Part shown: piece after piece, positions 63,741-64,000 of the stretch
How the letters are laid out: each line of letters begins with the position of its first letter
Position numbering within the stretch: position 1 is the first letter of the stretch
Assembly (NCBI GenBank): GCA_050575255.1
Contig: JBNZDD010013727.1
Coordinates: 1,994,733 to 2,058,732, forward strand
DNA length: 64,000 nt
DNA from: Harriotta raleighana
Taxonomy: Eukaryota
Direction of reading: 5' to 3'
Notes under the pieces: generated by a model
What the model saw: only the letters and a program-made list of their open reading frames with translations
Databases searched by the model: none
What the model was told of the DNA's origin: nothing
Position numbers and translations under genes: made by a program

Positions 63741-64000
63741 AGTCCCTCTTAGTCCCTAAGAATATGTTAGCAAAACATGCAATTTATATTAAAAATATAT
63801 AATATTTGATTTAAAATGTTTCCCCCAATCCATTAAACATTCTGTGGGCAAAAACAAACNTCTAAGAATATGTTAGCAAAACATGCAATTTATATTAAAA
63901 ATATATAATATTTGATTTTAAAATGTTTCCCCCAATCCATTAAACATTCTGTGGGCAAAAACAAACAAACCACTGATCAACTCATCCTTCAACATGGTAC

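Noticed and set aside
1-64000. CRISPR array, operon or other prokaryote-type system
   Set aside because: No regularly spaced repeat-spacer array and no long ORFs; the composition and repeats are those of vertebrate non-coding DNA.

Overview
AT-rich, repeat-dense eukaryotic genomic DNA from a cartilaginous fish. The repeat families suggest a holocephalan (elephant shark/chimaera type), but that is inference. No intact protein-coding gene is evident. The one recognisable host gene is a decayed CC/XC chemokine-receptor (XCR1/CCR-like) GPCR pseudogene fragment on the minus strand at ~55.9-56.4 kb, which the ORF track misses because of internal stops. The rest is mostly transposon debris: more than 12 copies of a tRNA-derived SINE in two length subfamilies, older Deu-domain and LF-SINE-like SINEs, L2 and CR1 LINE fragments, Penelope-like (GIY-YIG) elements, a four-copy Tc1/pogo-type MITE family plus one other Tigger-like MITE, and a probable solo LTR. 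The most interesting signals are: (i) three Penelope termini whose consensus rebuilds a complete minimal hammerhead ribozyme; (ii) a fold-back cassette at 45.4-46.7 kb, with a 32-bp hairpin, a second hairpin and a ~100-bp inverted copy 1 kb away; (iii) an unclassified co-oriented repeat family with four copies; (iv) covarying SINE/L2 3' stem-loops and nested tail-only L2 insertions. Five single-N junctions flanked by duplicated sequence (including a 1,077-bp duplication) look like assembly artefacts. I found no evidence for a genuinely new multi-gene system. Repeat boundaries are approximate because they were read by eye.
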